The notes: generated by a model not told the origin, from the sequence alone. DNA of 64,000 nt from a virus (IMGVR_UViG_3300030100_000755:19987-83986), one strand, 5' to 3'; shown: positions 38,962 through 47,949, counted from the first letter of the stretch. Program-made: numbers and translations.

Positions 38962-39326
38962 TTAAAGGGGTGGTTATGGATTTATATAAAATATTAGTAA
39001 GATATTATTCTCAAAAAGATTATCACGAATCAATCGAGGGTTTCATAGTAGCAGATAGTGATGAAGCAGTTTATGATTATGTAGACCGTAAGCAATACGG
39101 TTATTATAGCGATATGAATGAGGATAGTGGTGGTACATTTAAAGAAAGGATGATTAAGGTTGGTGGTGAGTATTTCGATGAGGATTATGATCCCCATGAT
39201 TTATACTATGGTGCTACTGCTTATGGTTGGGAAAAAGTAAGCGAATTTGATTTGGAGAAGGGTATTATGATATTAAAAGAATTGGATATTCTTATGAACG
39301 AAGAAGATTGGGGTGATTTAGGTTAA
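38958..39326 (+). CDS. Hypothetical protein
   Basis: Acidic 122-aa ORF after terL. Confidence 0.6.
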   Translation: MIKGVVMDLYKILVRYYSQKDYHESIEGFIVADSDEAVYDYVDRKQYGYYSDMNEDSGGTFKERMIKVGGEYFDEDYDPHDLYYGATAYGWEKVSEFDLEKGIMILKELDILMNEEDWGDLG

Positions 39327-39335
39327 AATAATTTT

Positions 39336-39363
39336 GAACTTTATTTTATCATCAGTTGTCGAA
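39336..39363 (+). promoter_or_regulatory. ECF-type promoter GAACTT-N16-GTCGAA
   Basis: Matches the sigmaE-like consensus; lies upstream of a non-coding structured region. Confidence 0.5.
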
Positions 39364-39452
39364 TAGGCGTAAACAGGTTTCATATAGGGTTAGTCATCCT
39401 TGTTTTCCTCCTCCTAAATTGACTCGCCTAGCCTCCGTTAAGGGCTGATAAT

Positions 39453-39553
39453 GTTTTGGGAAGGTGGTTACGGGTCTGAACAGGCTTAGCTAAAAACGTA
39501 GGCTACGATAGCACACCAAACTGTTACCGCTGCTTAACCATTTTCACCAAAGC
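39453..39553 (+). ncRNA. Structured RNA 1 with tRNA-like closing stem and 3' ACCA
   Basis: GAAGGTGGTTA pairs with TAACCATTTTC, followed by ACCA; outer flanks shared with the elements at 54425 and 56050. Confidence 0.55.
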
Positions 39554-39632
39554 GTTATACGGGTTGCACATTTGTAGCTGCGCTTTCGATTTACCCACGT
39601 TATGGGTATACATAATATTACTTCCTTATTTT

Positions 39633-39655
39633 GCCCACCTCGCGTGGGCTTTTTT
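39633..39655 (+). terminator. Intrinsic terminator closing the non-coding locus
   Basis: GCCCAC-CTCGC-GTGGGC followed by T6. Confidence 0.8.
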
Positions 39656-39714
39656 ATATGCGTTCAATAATTATAAAAGTTCATTATAATTGTACATAAA
39701 ATATAAATGAACAG

Positions 39715-39743
39715 TTGACGTAGTTAGTTAGTGGGTGTATTGT
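39715..39743 (+). promoter_or_regulatory. Sigma70-type promoter TTGACG-N17-TATTGT
   Basis: Consensus spacing, with TG upstream of the -10 box. Confidence 0.65.
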
Positions 39744-39774
39744 TGTTGGGCTTACTTAACAGAGGAGAAAAATT

Positions 39775-40047
39775 ATGAGCAATCTTATTGATATGATAAT
39801 TTCAGACCTATTTAAGAATAGGTGGTCTGGTAATTTAGCAGAAGGTAATCTTGATGAACAAAAGAGACAATTGTTTAAGACATTAAAAGATCAAACAATG
39901 GGTTATTGGTCTGGTCATACGGCATACCATATCGCAGTAGATGGTGGTTTTCTAATAGATGGTAAAAGATGTACATATAAAAAAGTTACTCGTCTTGGCG
40001 CTATTTTTATTGAGCAATATTTAAAGGAGAATGATTATGTTTGTTAA
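39775..40047 (+). CDS. Hypothetical protein
   Basis: AGAGGAG SD; first gene after the promoter. Confidence 0.65.
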   Translation: MSNLIDMIISDLFKNRWSGNLAEGNLDEQKRQLFKTLKDQTMGYWSGHTAYHIAVDGGFLIDGKRCTYKKVTRLGAIFIEQYLKENDYVC

Positions 40048-40996
40048 ATTTGGAAAGATAGAGCAGTTCAGAAATGTAGTAAAACAAGTTAGGGATTATT
40101 GTTCTTATCATAATAAGCCCTTACCAACAATAGATTTTAATGGCACTGTTAAATTACACGGCACTAATGCCGCAGTCGGTGTTGATGAGTACGGAAATCT
40201 ATTTTGTCAATCTCGTTCTCGCGTTATAACACCTGATGACGATAACTTTGGGTTTGCAAACTTCGTTATGGATAATAAACATTACTTTGAATCACTTTTA
40301 GGATTCTTGTGTTATAGAGAAGATGTTGATTCATGTATTTTATATGGGGAATGGTGTGGAAGTAATATTCAAAAAGGTGTAGCTCTATCAGAACTTGATA
40401 AAATGTTTGTTGTGTTTGACGGTAAAGGTTTTCGTGGTGGTGATGAGTTTAAATTGAATGTTAACTTGATTGACCTAGACAATCAGTATAACGTATATAA
40501 CATCAATGAGTTCCCCACTTATAACGTGACGGTGGATTTCAACAACCCCGAAGATATTGTTAATACCTTAACCTCTATTACAGAACGTGTAGAAAAAGAA
40601 TGTCCAGTTGGTAAACATTTTAATGTATCTGGTGTAGGAGAAGGTGTGGTATGGACTTCTGATTTTAAAGGTAATGATTTGCGCTTTAAAGTAAAAGGGG
40701 AAAAGCATTCTGTATCTAAAGTTAAGAAATTGGTATCTGTCGATCCAGAAGTTGTAGAATCTGTTAAAAACTTTGTTGATTATGCGGTGACAGAAAATAG
40801 ACTAGAACAAGGATTACAAGAAGTTGGATTAGATCAAAATAAAATAGGAATGTTCATTGGTTGGGTTAATAAAGATATTAACAAAGAGGAAAAAGATGTT
40901 CTTGATAAAAATGGATTGACCATGAAGCAAGTTGGTGGTAAGGTTTCGGATAAAGCAAGGAATTTTTACCTAAACAAGCTTAATAATTTTAAATAA
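40031..40996 (+). CDS. RNA ligase 2-like (Rnl2 family)
   Basis: Motif I VKLHGTN, LYGEWCG, GEGVVW, FKVK. Confidence 0.82.
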   Translation: MIMFVKFGKIEQFRNVVKQVRDYCSYHNKPLPTIDFNGTVKLHGTNAAVGVDEYGNLFCQSRSRVITPDDDNFGFANFVMDNKHYFESLLGFLCYREDVDSCILYGEWCGSNIQKGVALSELDKMFVVFDGKGFRGGDEFKLNVNLIDLDNQYNVYNINEFPTYNVTVDFNNPEDIVNTLTSITERVEKECPVGKHFNVSGVGEGVVWTSDFKGNDLRFKVKGEKHSVSKVKKLVSVDPEVVESVKNFVDYAVTENRLEQGLQEVGLDQNKIGMFIGWVNKDINKEEKDVLDKNGLTMKQVGGKVSDKARNFYLNKLNNFK

Positions 40997-41013
40997 AACA
41001 AAGGGGAATAATT

Positions 41014-41571
41014 ATGACTAAACAACCATACCTAATCGTGGATTTAGAGACACTTGGTACTAAATCTAATTCAGTGATCATGTCTATTGGCGCTGTACTA
41101 TTCACAGAGAAAGGTATTGCTAAAGATAAGTTCTATACTAATATAGACATTAAATCATGCATTGATAAAGGTCTCAACGTTGATGGTGATACATTGATGT
41201 GGTGGATGGAGCAGAGTGATACAGCGCGTAATTCTTTAAATGGTAATCGACTACCACTAGATAAAGCATTGCAGAAACTAAAGAATTATGTCTTTAAAAA
41301 TGCTAAGACTTATGATGTTCATCCTGTCGGTAACAGTGCAAGATTCGATATGGGTCTGCTAGAAAATGCTTATAATGCTTGTGGGCAGGAAGTATTCTGG
41401 AAATTCTGGATGGAGCGCGATTACAGAACGTGGAAATCATTAAATGGTGCATTACCTATCTCAAGACATAATGGTTGCGATTCTGCTACACACAATGCAT
41501 TGCAGGACGCTATTGAGCAAGCTGAACATGCTATTGAGCTTAATAAACAATTCGGTGGTATATTGTTATGA
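41014..41571 (+). CDS. DEDD 3'-5' exo(ribo)nuclease
   Basis: DLETLG, GNSARFD, HNALQDA. Confidence 0.85.
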   Translation: MTKQPYLIVDLETLGTKSNSVIMSIGAVLFTEKGIAKDKFYTNIDIKSCIDKGLNVDGDTLMWWMEQSDTARNSLNGNRLPLDKALQKLKNYVFKNAKTYDVHPVGNSARFDMGLLENAYNACGQEVFWKFWMERDYRTWKSLNGALPISRHNGCDSATHNALQDAIEQAEHAIELNKQFGGILL

Positions 41572-41720
41572 GTGGGCGAGGTTATAAATTACTAGTGGCG
41601 TTATTGCTATTATGTAATGTGTGTACGCTGGTTTATATTGGTTATCAAAATAATAATTCACAAGTTGTTGACCAAGAGAAAACTACATGCTATCTTCCAT
41701 CTGTAAACTATAAATTTTAA
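41568..41720 (+). CDS. Small membrane protein (50 aa)
   Basis: Own translation MSGRGYKLLVALLLLCNVCTLVYIG...; ATGA-coupled. Confidence 0.5.
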   Translation: MSGRGYKLLVALLLLCNVCTLVYIGYQNNNSQVVDQEKTTCYLPSVNYKF

Positions 41721-41737
41721 CGAGGAGTGATGTTATT

Positions 41738-42388
41738 ATGAGTGATATTAAGCTTATATTATTAAATGGGGGAAAGGGTTGCGGTAAAAGTGTATTAACA
41801 CAACACTTGACTCCTAGATTATGTGGAAATGAAGCACGTTGTAAAGACAAGTTATTTGAATTAACAATGAGTTTATTTGATGTAAAAGCTGGTGATTTCT
41901 GGTCAATCTATAATGACAGGGAGCGCAAAGAAAAGCCTGATGATTTATTCACTGTTAAAAGACCACAAGCTATTATGTTATATAATATGATTGGTGGTGA
42001 AGATTTATATAATCGTTGTGCTTTATCGAAACACGATGTTCCATTATCAGTTCGTGAGGCAATGATTTATGTATCTGAACTGGTAGTTAAACCTACTTTT
42101 GGTAGTGATTATTTTGGTGTTAGTCGCGCTAAGAATCTATTGTCTGGTGTTTATGTTGACGACAGTGCTGCGTTCGTGGATGAAATTAAGCCAGCTATTG
42201 ATAAGATTGGCATGAATAACATATTACTTGTTAGAATTTATGGTCGTGGTGATTTTGAAGGTGATAGTCGTAATTATTTACCAGATCATATTGTTACTAA
42301 TGTTGTTGATGTGTATAATAACAAAAGTGAATCTGAGTTCTTAATTGAAACAACAGATAAAATTGAAGCGTTTTTAAGAGGAGAGTAA
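41738..42388 (+). CDS. Deoxynucleoside monophosphate kinase-like
   Basis: N-terminal P-loop LNGGKGCGKS; REAMIYVSE..VKP.FG; DSR. Confidence 0.7.
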   Translation: MSDIKLILLNGGKGCGKSVLTQHLTPRLCGNEARCKDKLFELTMSLFDVKAGDFWSIYNDRERKEKPDDLFTVKRPQAIMLYNMIGGEDLYNRCALSKHDVPLSVREAMIYVSELVVKPTFGSDYFGVSRAKNLLSGVYVDDSAAFVDEIKPAIDKIGMNNILLVRIYGRGDFEGDSRNYLPDHIVTNVVDVYNNKSESEFLIETTDKIEAFLRGE

Positions 42389-42390
42389 TA

Positions 42391-42786
42391 ATGACACCAG
42401 AACAGAAAATTAAGCATATTATTATACACCAAACAGCGTTGTGGAAAGAGGTATTACCACCAACTGTTACCGATGTTAATGTTGACGATTTGTACGATGA
42501 ATTAGTAGAACATGATGAACATTGGGATGCTTTGTATGACGTGAGAGAGGGTGAAGTTGAAACAAACCTACCTTGTCCAAGTTCACGTCACTATGAGAGT
42601 AAATCAGTAGCTAGTAGCACACCATCTGGTGAATGGGTTGGTTGGACTTATTGGTACGGTGGTGGTAAATATTCTGAACCAGAGGATATTGATTGGATGA
42701 GCGAGGCTTATGATTTAGACTGTGTTGAAACAGAAAGGCTCGTGACAGTTAGAGAATTTAGTAAGAGGGAGAGTAATTATGACTAA
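42391..42786 (+). CDS. Hypothetical protein
   Basis: ORF with SD. Confidence 0.6.
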   Translation: MTPEQKIKHIIIHQTALWKEVLPPTVTDVNVDDLYDELVEHDEHWDALYDVREGEVETNLPCPSSRHYESKSVASSTPSGEWVGWTYWYGGGKYSEPEDIDWMSEAYDLDCVETERLVTVREFSKRESNYD

Positions 42787-43357
42787 ACCATTATTAGCAC
42801 TAGATTGCGATCAAGTAATCACCGACTATGTATCAGGGTTTACAGCATTTGTTATTAATCATGGGTATGGGTTAAATCTGGATAATGATTTCAGCAGCTA
42901 CGACATTAGCACCTACTTTAACGGGTTGTCGCGAAATAAATGTCGTGATTTAATTGTTAAATATAATGATACGGAATCACCACCTGTTTATGGTTATCTG
43001 AAAAATGTTATACCATCATTGTTGCAAAAATACGACATTGTAATCGTTACAAGTCACGGTGGTGGTGACTATGCAAGAAAACAACGTCTTGATATGTTAT
43101 TAAGTTTAGGTTTTACGGATGTATTTATTTTAGGTTTAGGTGAAAACAAGCAAGGTATTCTTGAGGAATTAAAGCCTGATATTTTCATTGATGATAGCCC
43201 TGAGCAATTATTAGCAGGGATTAATGCTGGTGTTGAGCAAGTAATTGCATTAGAATACCCATACAATCGCGATTGGGTTGATGATTATAACCGTAATCGT
43301 AGCATTGGTGATAAGAAACGAATTAAGAGTATTAAAAGTTTAAAGGAGATTATTTAA
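42779..43357 (+). CDS. HAD-family 5'(3')-deoxyribonucleotidase-like
   Basis: LDCDQV, VTS, K, FIDDS, YPYNR. Confidence 0.75.
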   Translation: MTKPLLALDCDQVITDYVSGFTAFVINHGYGLNLDNDFSSYDISTYFNGLSRNKCRDLIVKYNDTESPPVYGYLKNVIPSLLQKYDIVIVTSHGGGDYARKQRLDMLLSLGFTDVFILGLGENKQGILEELKPDIFIDDSPEQLLAGINAGVEQVIALEYPYNRDWVDDYNRNRSIGDKKRIKSIKSLKEII

Positions 43358-44268
43358 TGAGTAGACCTAGTGCTAAAGTTATTGCACACAGTGAAGCGCC
43401 TAATGGTGAGCAGTTGATTACATTGGAAATTGAGTTGCATAGGTTTGTATTACCTGAGAATAACACACACAGATCTTTTAGTAGAAACTATGCTAGTTCT
43501 AGGGCTTGTCCAGTAACTAGTCAATTAGAACAAGTTGCTAATGATCCAGCAATGCCTGTCCATTGGGGTAAAAACCAATCTGGTATGGTTGCTGATAAAG
43601 AATTGTCAGGGATGGAGAGAAAACTAGCCGAGATGATCATATTAGGAATGCGAGATGCTTGCCTAAATGGGGTTAAACAGCTTGCTGAATTAGGTCTTCA
43701 TAAGCAAGTATCTAATCGCTACATTGAGCCTTGGCTTTGGACAAAGGGGGTTATAACAACAACCAAAGATGAATTTGACGCATTCTTTAGATTACGCTGC
43801 CATAAAGATGCACAACCTGAGATTAAGTTATTAGCAGAAAGAATGCGCGATGCTATTAATTCGAGTGTTTCTGTTAAGTTGAAAGTAGGTGATTACCATT
43901 TACCATATATTGAGTGTTATAAACCATTAGGATCAGGTAAGCAAGTGTTCCCTGTTGGTAATGGTACAAGTGAGGTGTATTCGTTAGAAAATGCCGTGAA
44001 GATTAGTACATCATGTTCAGCACAAGTGAGTTATCGTAGATTAGATACGTCATTAGAAAAGGCATTGAAAATTTACGATATGCTTAATTTGCCGAGTAAT
44101 GGTGAGTTTTCAGATGAGCCCGGTCATTTCTCTCCCACAGAACACCAAGCTAAAGTTGTGGATGTAACAGATGGTTATATGAGTAGTGGGAATTTCCATA
44201 GTAAAGTATTCTGGCAATATCGCAAGGCACTAGAATCAGGTACTGAAAATAAATTCTTGACAAATTAG
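43357..44268 (+). CDS. thyX: Flavin-dependent thymidylate synthase
   Basis: THRSFSRNYASSR motif; FFRLR..KDAQPEI. Confidence 0.8.
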   Translation: MSRPSAKVIAHSEAPNGEQLITLEIELHRFVLPENNTHRSFSRNYASSRACPVTSQLEQVANDPAMPVHWGKNQSGMVADKELSGMERKLAEMIILGMRDACLNGVKQLAELGLHKQVSNRYIEPWLWTKGVITTTKDEFDAFFRLRCHKDAQPEIKLLAERMRDAINSSVSVKLKVGDYHLPYIECYKPLGSGKQVFPVGNGTSEVYSLENAVKISTSCSAQVSYRRLDTSLEKALKIYDMLNLPSNGEFSDEPGHFSPTEHQAKVVDVTDGYMSSGNFHSKVFWQYRKALESGTENKFLTN

Positions 44269-44285
44269 ACATACTTATTTAATCT
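44257..44285 (+). promoter_or_regulatory. Sigma70-type promoter TTGACA-N17-TAATCT
   Basis: Near-consensus; upstream of the RNA ligase 1 / PNKP operon. Confidence 0.65.
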
Positions 44286-44288
44286 TAG

Positions 44289-44317
44289 AGGCGTTGGCGT
44301 TGTTCAGCGCCTTTTTA
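44289..44317 (+). terminator. Intrinsic terminator after thyX
   Basis: AGGCG...CGCCT followed by TTTT. Confidence 0.55.
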
Positions 44318-44334
44318 TTATGAGGAGATAAATT

Positions 44335-44916
44335 ATGGAAACTATTAAATACCTAAATGAATTTGGTCTTGATAAACTACAACAAGAATTGGGTATTAAG
44401 GTTAGTCAAAACGAAAATTATCCTGATTTATACGTACTTAATTATGACCAAATAAAAAGTCCTAAATATCATCCAATAGTGATTGAGTGTCGCAGTCTTG
44501 TTGTAAGACTTGAGGGTGATGAATATTTCGTAGAAAGTCGTAGTTTTGATAGATTCTTTAACTATGGTGAGATTGAAGGTCAACCAGACGATGTTGAAAA
44601 TATGGTTGCTTACCAGAAGATTGATGGCAGTTTAGTATCAGTATGGAAAAATGAAAAATATGGCTGGCTATATCGCACACGTTCTATGATTATGCCTTCT
44701 GTTGAGGTATGTATTAATGGTTATAAATTATCTTGGAAAGAGTTAATTGAGAGTGTTATCAATTTTGATAAGTTAGAGGAAATTCCTATAATTGACCACA
44801 CTTATATTTTCGAGGTAGTTAGTCCAGAAAATAGAGTAGTAACCCCTTACTCTCAGAGAGAAGCTTTTTTATTATCCATAAGGAGTAATATTGATGGAAA
44901 CTACAGAAAAAGATAA
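44335..44916 (+). CDS. RNA ligase 1 (T4 Rnl1-like), N-terminal part
   Basis: ECRSLV, SFDRFFNYGE, motif I QKIDGS, YIFEVVSPENRVV; stops before motifs IV and V. Confidence 0.85.
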   Translation: METIKYLNEFGLDKLQQELGIKVSQNENYPDLYVLNYDQIKSPKYHPIVIECRSLVVRLEGDEYFVESRSFDRFFNYGEIEGQPDDVENMVAYQKIDGSLVSVWKNEKYGWLYRTRSMIMPSVEVCINGYKLSWKELIESVINFDKLEEIPIIDHTYIFEVVSPENRVVTPYSQREAFLLSIRSNIDGNYRKR

Positions 44917-45581
44917 AATTTGCTATGTGTACCATATATGCAGAGGTTCTGACATATTTAACTATAGTTGTGGGTATATTGGTGTATCATTCTACCCACA
45001 AAAAAGATTAAACTTCCATAAAAATAGAAGCGAAAATCCACATTTAAAAAATGCATTCTCGACTTATAATGATATTATAATGTACTGCATAATGTGTTCA
45101 AAAGAATCCGACTTTTGTTATACATTTGAGATGTTACTCAGGCCATACAAAAATATGGGGTGGAATATAAATGTTGGGGGCATACAACCACCAAACCCGA
45201 AAGGTACTAAAAATTGTATATCTAATTTACCAGCACACAAGAGACGTAAAAATTTTAAACATTCTGAAGATACGAAAGAATATTTAAAATTTTTATAAAA
45301 ATAACAAGGAGTATTTTTCGGACATAAAATTGGGAGAAGCTAACCCAATGTGCAGGAAGTTTGGGCAATCAAATCCAAATTTTGTTTGGTGGTACTGTAC
45401 CAATGATGGTATATTTGATAGCTCCACAACAATGGGTTTATACTATAAGGTTGATCGTAATACGATATTACACAGATACAAAAATTTAGATATTCCTATA
45501 AAGAGGAGTAGGTGGCACCCAAAACAAATTTGGGGTAAGACTTGGAGAGAGCTTGGTTGGATTAGATATAGGAGTGAAAAT
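44891..45581 (+). mobile_element. GIY-YIG homing endonuclease inserted in Rnl1, frameshifted near 45288
   Basis: VYHI...GYIGVS...RLNFH in 44891-45298; the +1 frame is open from 45288 and holds GEANPM..KFG.SNPNF and GKTWRELGW. Confidence 0.75.
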
Positions 45582-46100
45582 ATGAATTATGAAGAAATAT
45601 GTGAAAAATTAGGATGTCAACCCCCTAGAATTATTAGATTTACTAACAAGGAGGATATATTAGAACAGGTGCAAAACTTGCCAGAGTTACAGGAAGGTTT
45701 TGTCCTATTTGACAGAGAGGGTAAGCCTACGCTTAAAATAAAATCGCAGCAATACGTTAGATTTCATAGAATGCGCGGAGAAACTAGACCAACACCTAAG
45801 CGAATTATGGATATATTGTTTATTAATGAGCAGGACGAGTATTTATCCATATTCCCAGAGGATAAACCTTTATTTCAACCTTATGAAAATGCGTTTCAAT
45901 CAACATCTTATGATTTTGACCATTTGTGGAGTAAATTTGGAGATATTGCAGACCAAAAAGAGTTCGCCATGAATGTTAAACAATATTCTGTATGTGGATT
46001 ATTGTTTAAGAAGAAACAGCAGCCAGAGTTAACGTTTTTGGATTGCTTTAATATGCTGCTGACTGCTACTAAATATAAATTATTGGAGAAATATGTATGA
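45582..46100 (+). CDS. RNA ligase 1, C-terminal part
   Basis: AGGAG SD then ATG 45582; motif IV QEGFVL, motif V LKIKS..YVRFH. Confidence 0.8.
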   Translation: MNYEEICEKLGCQPPRIIRFTNKEDILEQVQNLPELQEGFVLFDREGKPTLKIKSQQYVRFHRMRGETRPTPKRIMDILFINEQDEYLSIFPEDKPLFQPYENAFQSTSYDFDHLWSKFGDIADQKEFAMNVKQYSVCGLLFKKKQQPELTFLDCFNMLLTATKYKLLEKYV

Positions 46101-47029
46101 AAAATAAAATCATATTAACAATAGGTGCTAGTTGTTCAGGTAAAACAACATGGGCACAAGAATATATTGATGATCACGCGTTAGGTAGTGTAATTAGTCT
46201 GAATAGGGATGACATTAGATTCATGTTGTTCACAAACGGCACTAGGGACTGGACAAAGTATAAATTTAATAATAAAAATGAACAAGCGGTAACAGAATAT
46301 ATTGATAGTAGGGCTTTAGAATGCATTGCTCGTGGTTCTGACATTATAATCAGCGATACAAACCTAAACCAAAAAATACGTAATAAGTGGAAACAATTCG
46401 CTGACGAACACGATTACGAATACGTTGAGCAAATATTCCCTTGTGATTGGAAAGAATTGGTTAAACGAAACGCACAAAGACATGGTGGTCTATCAGAATC
46501 ACTGTTATGGTCGCAATATAAGCGTTTCATGCAGCAATATGGTTATATTGGTGATAACAAAGTTGAAGTATATCAAGAACAGCGTAAATTAGAACATTGT
46601 ATCATAGTTGATATTGATGGTACTGTGGCTGACATGCGAGGAGTTCGTAAGCCTTTTGAGTGGGATAAAGTACATTTTGATAAACCGCGCAGTGAGATTA
46701 TTGCTATGGTTGAGGGGTTAGCTATTAGGAATGGTCATGTTATTTTCATGTCTGGTAGGGATGGTTCTTGTTATGATTATACGTTAGAATGGATTGAAAA
46801 GCATATCACAGCAGGATGGGATGATTACTTTAAGTATGACCTAATAATGCGTGAAGAAGGTGATATGCGCAAAGATGATATTGTTAAATATGAGCTATAC
46901 AACCAGTTCGTTAAAGATACATATAATGTTGCTGCTGTAATTGATGACAGAAAAAGTGTTATTCGATTGTGGTCTGTGTTAGAATTACCAAACATTATTG
47001 ATGTTGGTGGATATCAAAATGAGTTTTAA
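46097..47029 (+). CDS. pseT: Polynucleotide 5'-kinase / 3'-phosphatase
   Basis: GASCSGKT, LNRDDIR, IISDTNL, HAD motif DIDGT, SGRD, DDR. Confidence 0.92.
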   Translation: MKNKIILTIGASCSGKTTWAQEYIDDHALGSVISLNRDDIRFMLFTNGTRDWTKYKFNNKNEQAVTEYIDSRALECIARGSDIIISDTNLNQKIRNKWKQFADEHDYEYVEQIFPCDWKELVKRNAQRHGGLSESLLWSQYKRFMQQYGYIGDNKVEVYQEQRKLEHCIIVDIDGTVADMRGVRKPFEWDKVHFDKPRSEIIAMVEGLAIRNGHVIFMSGRDGSCYDYTLEWIEKHITAGWDDYFKYDLIMREEGDMRKDDIVKYELYNQFVKDTYNVAAVIDDRKSVIRLWSVLELPNIIDVGGYQNEF

Positions 47030-47046
47030 ATTTGAGGAGATGAATT

Positions 47047-47382
47047 ATGAATTATACACCAGATAAATTTGTAGTAATAAAAATATCACACAATAACGAA
47101 ACGATTTATAAAGTATTCGGTATGTGGAGTGGTGGTTATTTGGGTGGTGATAGTTGGCGAATGAATAGTGGTATTGAATCCATTAAAATAATCGGTGACA
47201 AAGTATTATTTATGGGTTATAGCGGTAGTGTTTATGAAGTATATAAACAATCAGAATCTGTTACTGCTTATGGTGGTGCTGTACTTTCTAATATTATAGA
47301 TAAGTCTAATGGTGTTGCCGAGGTGATAGATTTAGACGAGTTAATTAGCAGTGGTGATGTGGAGGTGATTCATGAAGGGTAA
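47047..47382 (+). CDS. Conserved phage hypothetical protein
   Basis: YTPDKFVV...WSGGYLGGDSWRMNSGI pattern. Confidence 0.65.
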   Translation: MNYTPDKFVVIKISHNNETIYKVFGMWSGGYLGGDSWRMNSGIESIKIIGDKVLFMGYSGSVYEVYKQSESVTAYGGAVLSNIIDKSNGVAEVIDLDELISSGDVEVIHEG

Positions 47383-47599
47383 TTTAAGTAAATATATTGA
47401 GGGTGAGCTAGTGACAATTGAAATTGAAGAATCAACATTAAGTGAATTTATTGCTGTGAGTAAGGCGTTCTTCGCTAGAGAAAATAAATGTGATTCGGAA
47501 TTACGTAGTGGTGATTACACGGTTGACCCAAAATTGAATAATGCGCCAAATGCTACACCATTTTACTATGGTGATATTTACAACACAAACAAAGGATAG
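47372..47599 (+). CDS. Hypothetical protein
   Basis: Coupled ORF. Confidence 0.55.
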   Translation: MKGNLSKYIEGELVTIEIEESTLSEFIAVSKAFFARENKCDSELRSGDYTVDPKLNNAPNATPFYYGDIYNTNKG

Positions 47600-47605
47600 T
47601 AATTT

Positions 47606-47884
47606 ATGACAAATGCAACTACGACAACAATTCCAGCGCATATCTTGAACGATAAAACATTCATTCAATATCTACGTGATTGGGAGCGAGAGCAATTGAT
47701 CATTGACAGTGCTAAGGATGAACAGAAAGCGATTGCTGAGAATTGTAAGGATAGATTTGATGTTAAGCCAGCAGACTTCACTAAACTAGCTAAATGTTTC
47801 TATGAGGATGGATTGGCACAAAAGAAATTAAATGAAGCTGAGGATTTGTTTCATGCTGCTGAAATTGTGAGGGCTAAGAAATAG
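47606..47884 (+). CDS. Small dsDNA-binding protein (T4 DsbA/GapR-like, tentative)
   Basis: 92 aa helical; ...KDEQKAIAE..KDRF.VKP..F.KLAK pattern. Confidence 0.5.
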   Translation: MTNATTTTIPAHILNDKTFIQYLRDWEREQLIIDSAKDEQKAIAENCKDRFDVKPADFTKLAKCFYEDGLAQKKLNEAEDLFHAAEIVRAKK

Positions 47885-47910
47885 CCGTAATGTAATTTTA
47901 AATAATTTAA

Positions 47911-47949
47911 GCCCTGTCTCTTGACGGGGTTTATTTTTATGGGTATATT
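47911..47949 (+). promoter_or_regulatory. Overlapping terminator (GCCCTGTC/GACGGGGT) and sigma70 promoter TTGACG-N17-TATATT
   Basis: Hairpin with T tract; the -35 box lies inside the hairpin. Confidence 0.6.

Noticed and set aside
44890-45590. Group I intron interrupting rnl1
   Set aside because: The insertion is coding end to end. The AGATATAG near 45564 has no matching P7 partner, and no P3-P9 core can be drawn. RT-PCR would be decisive.
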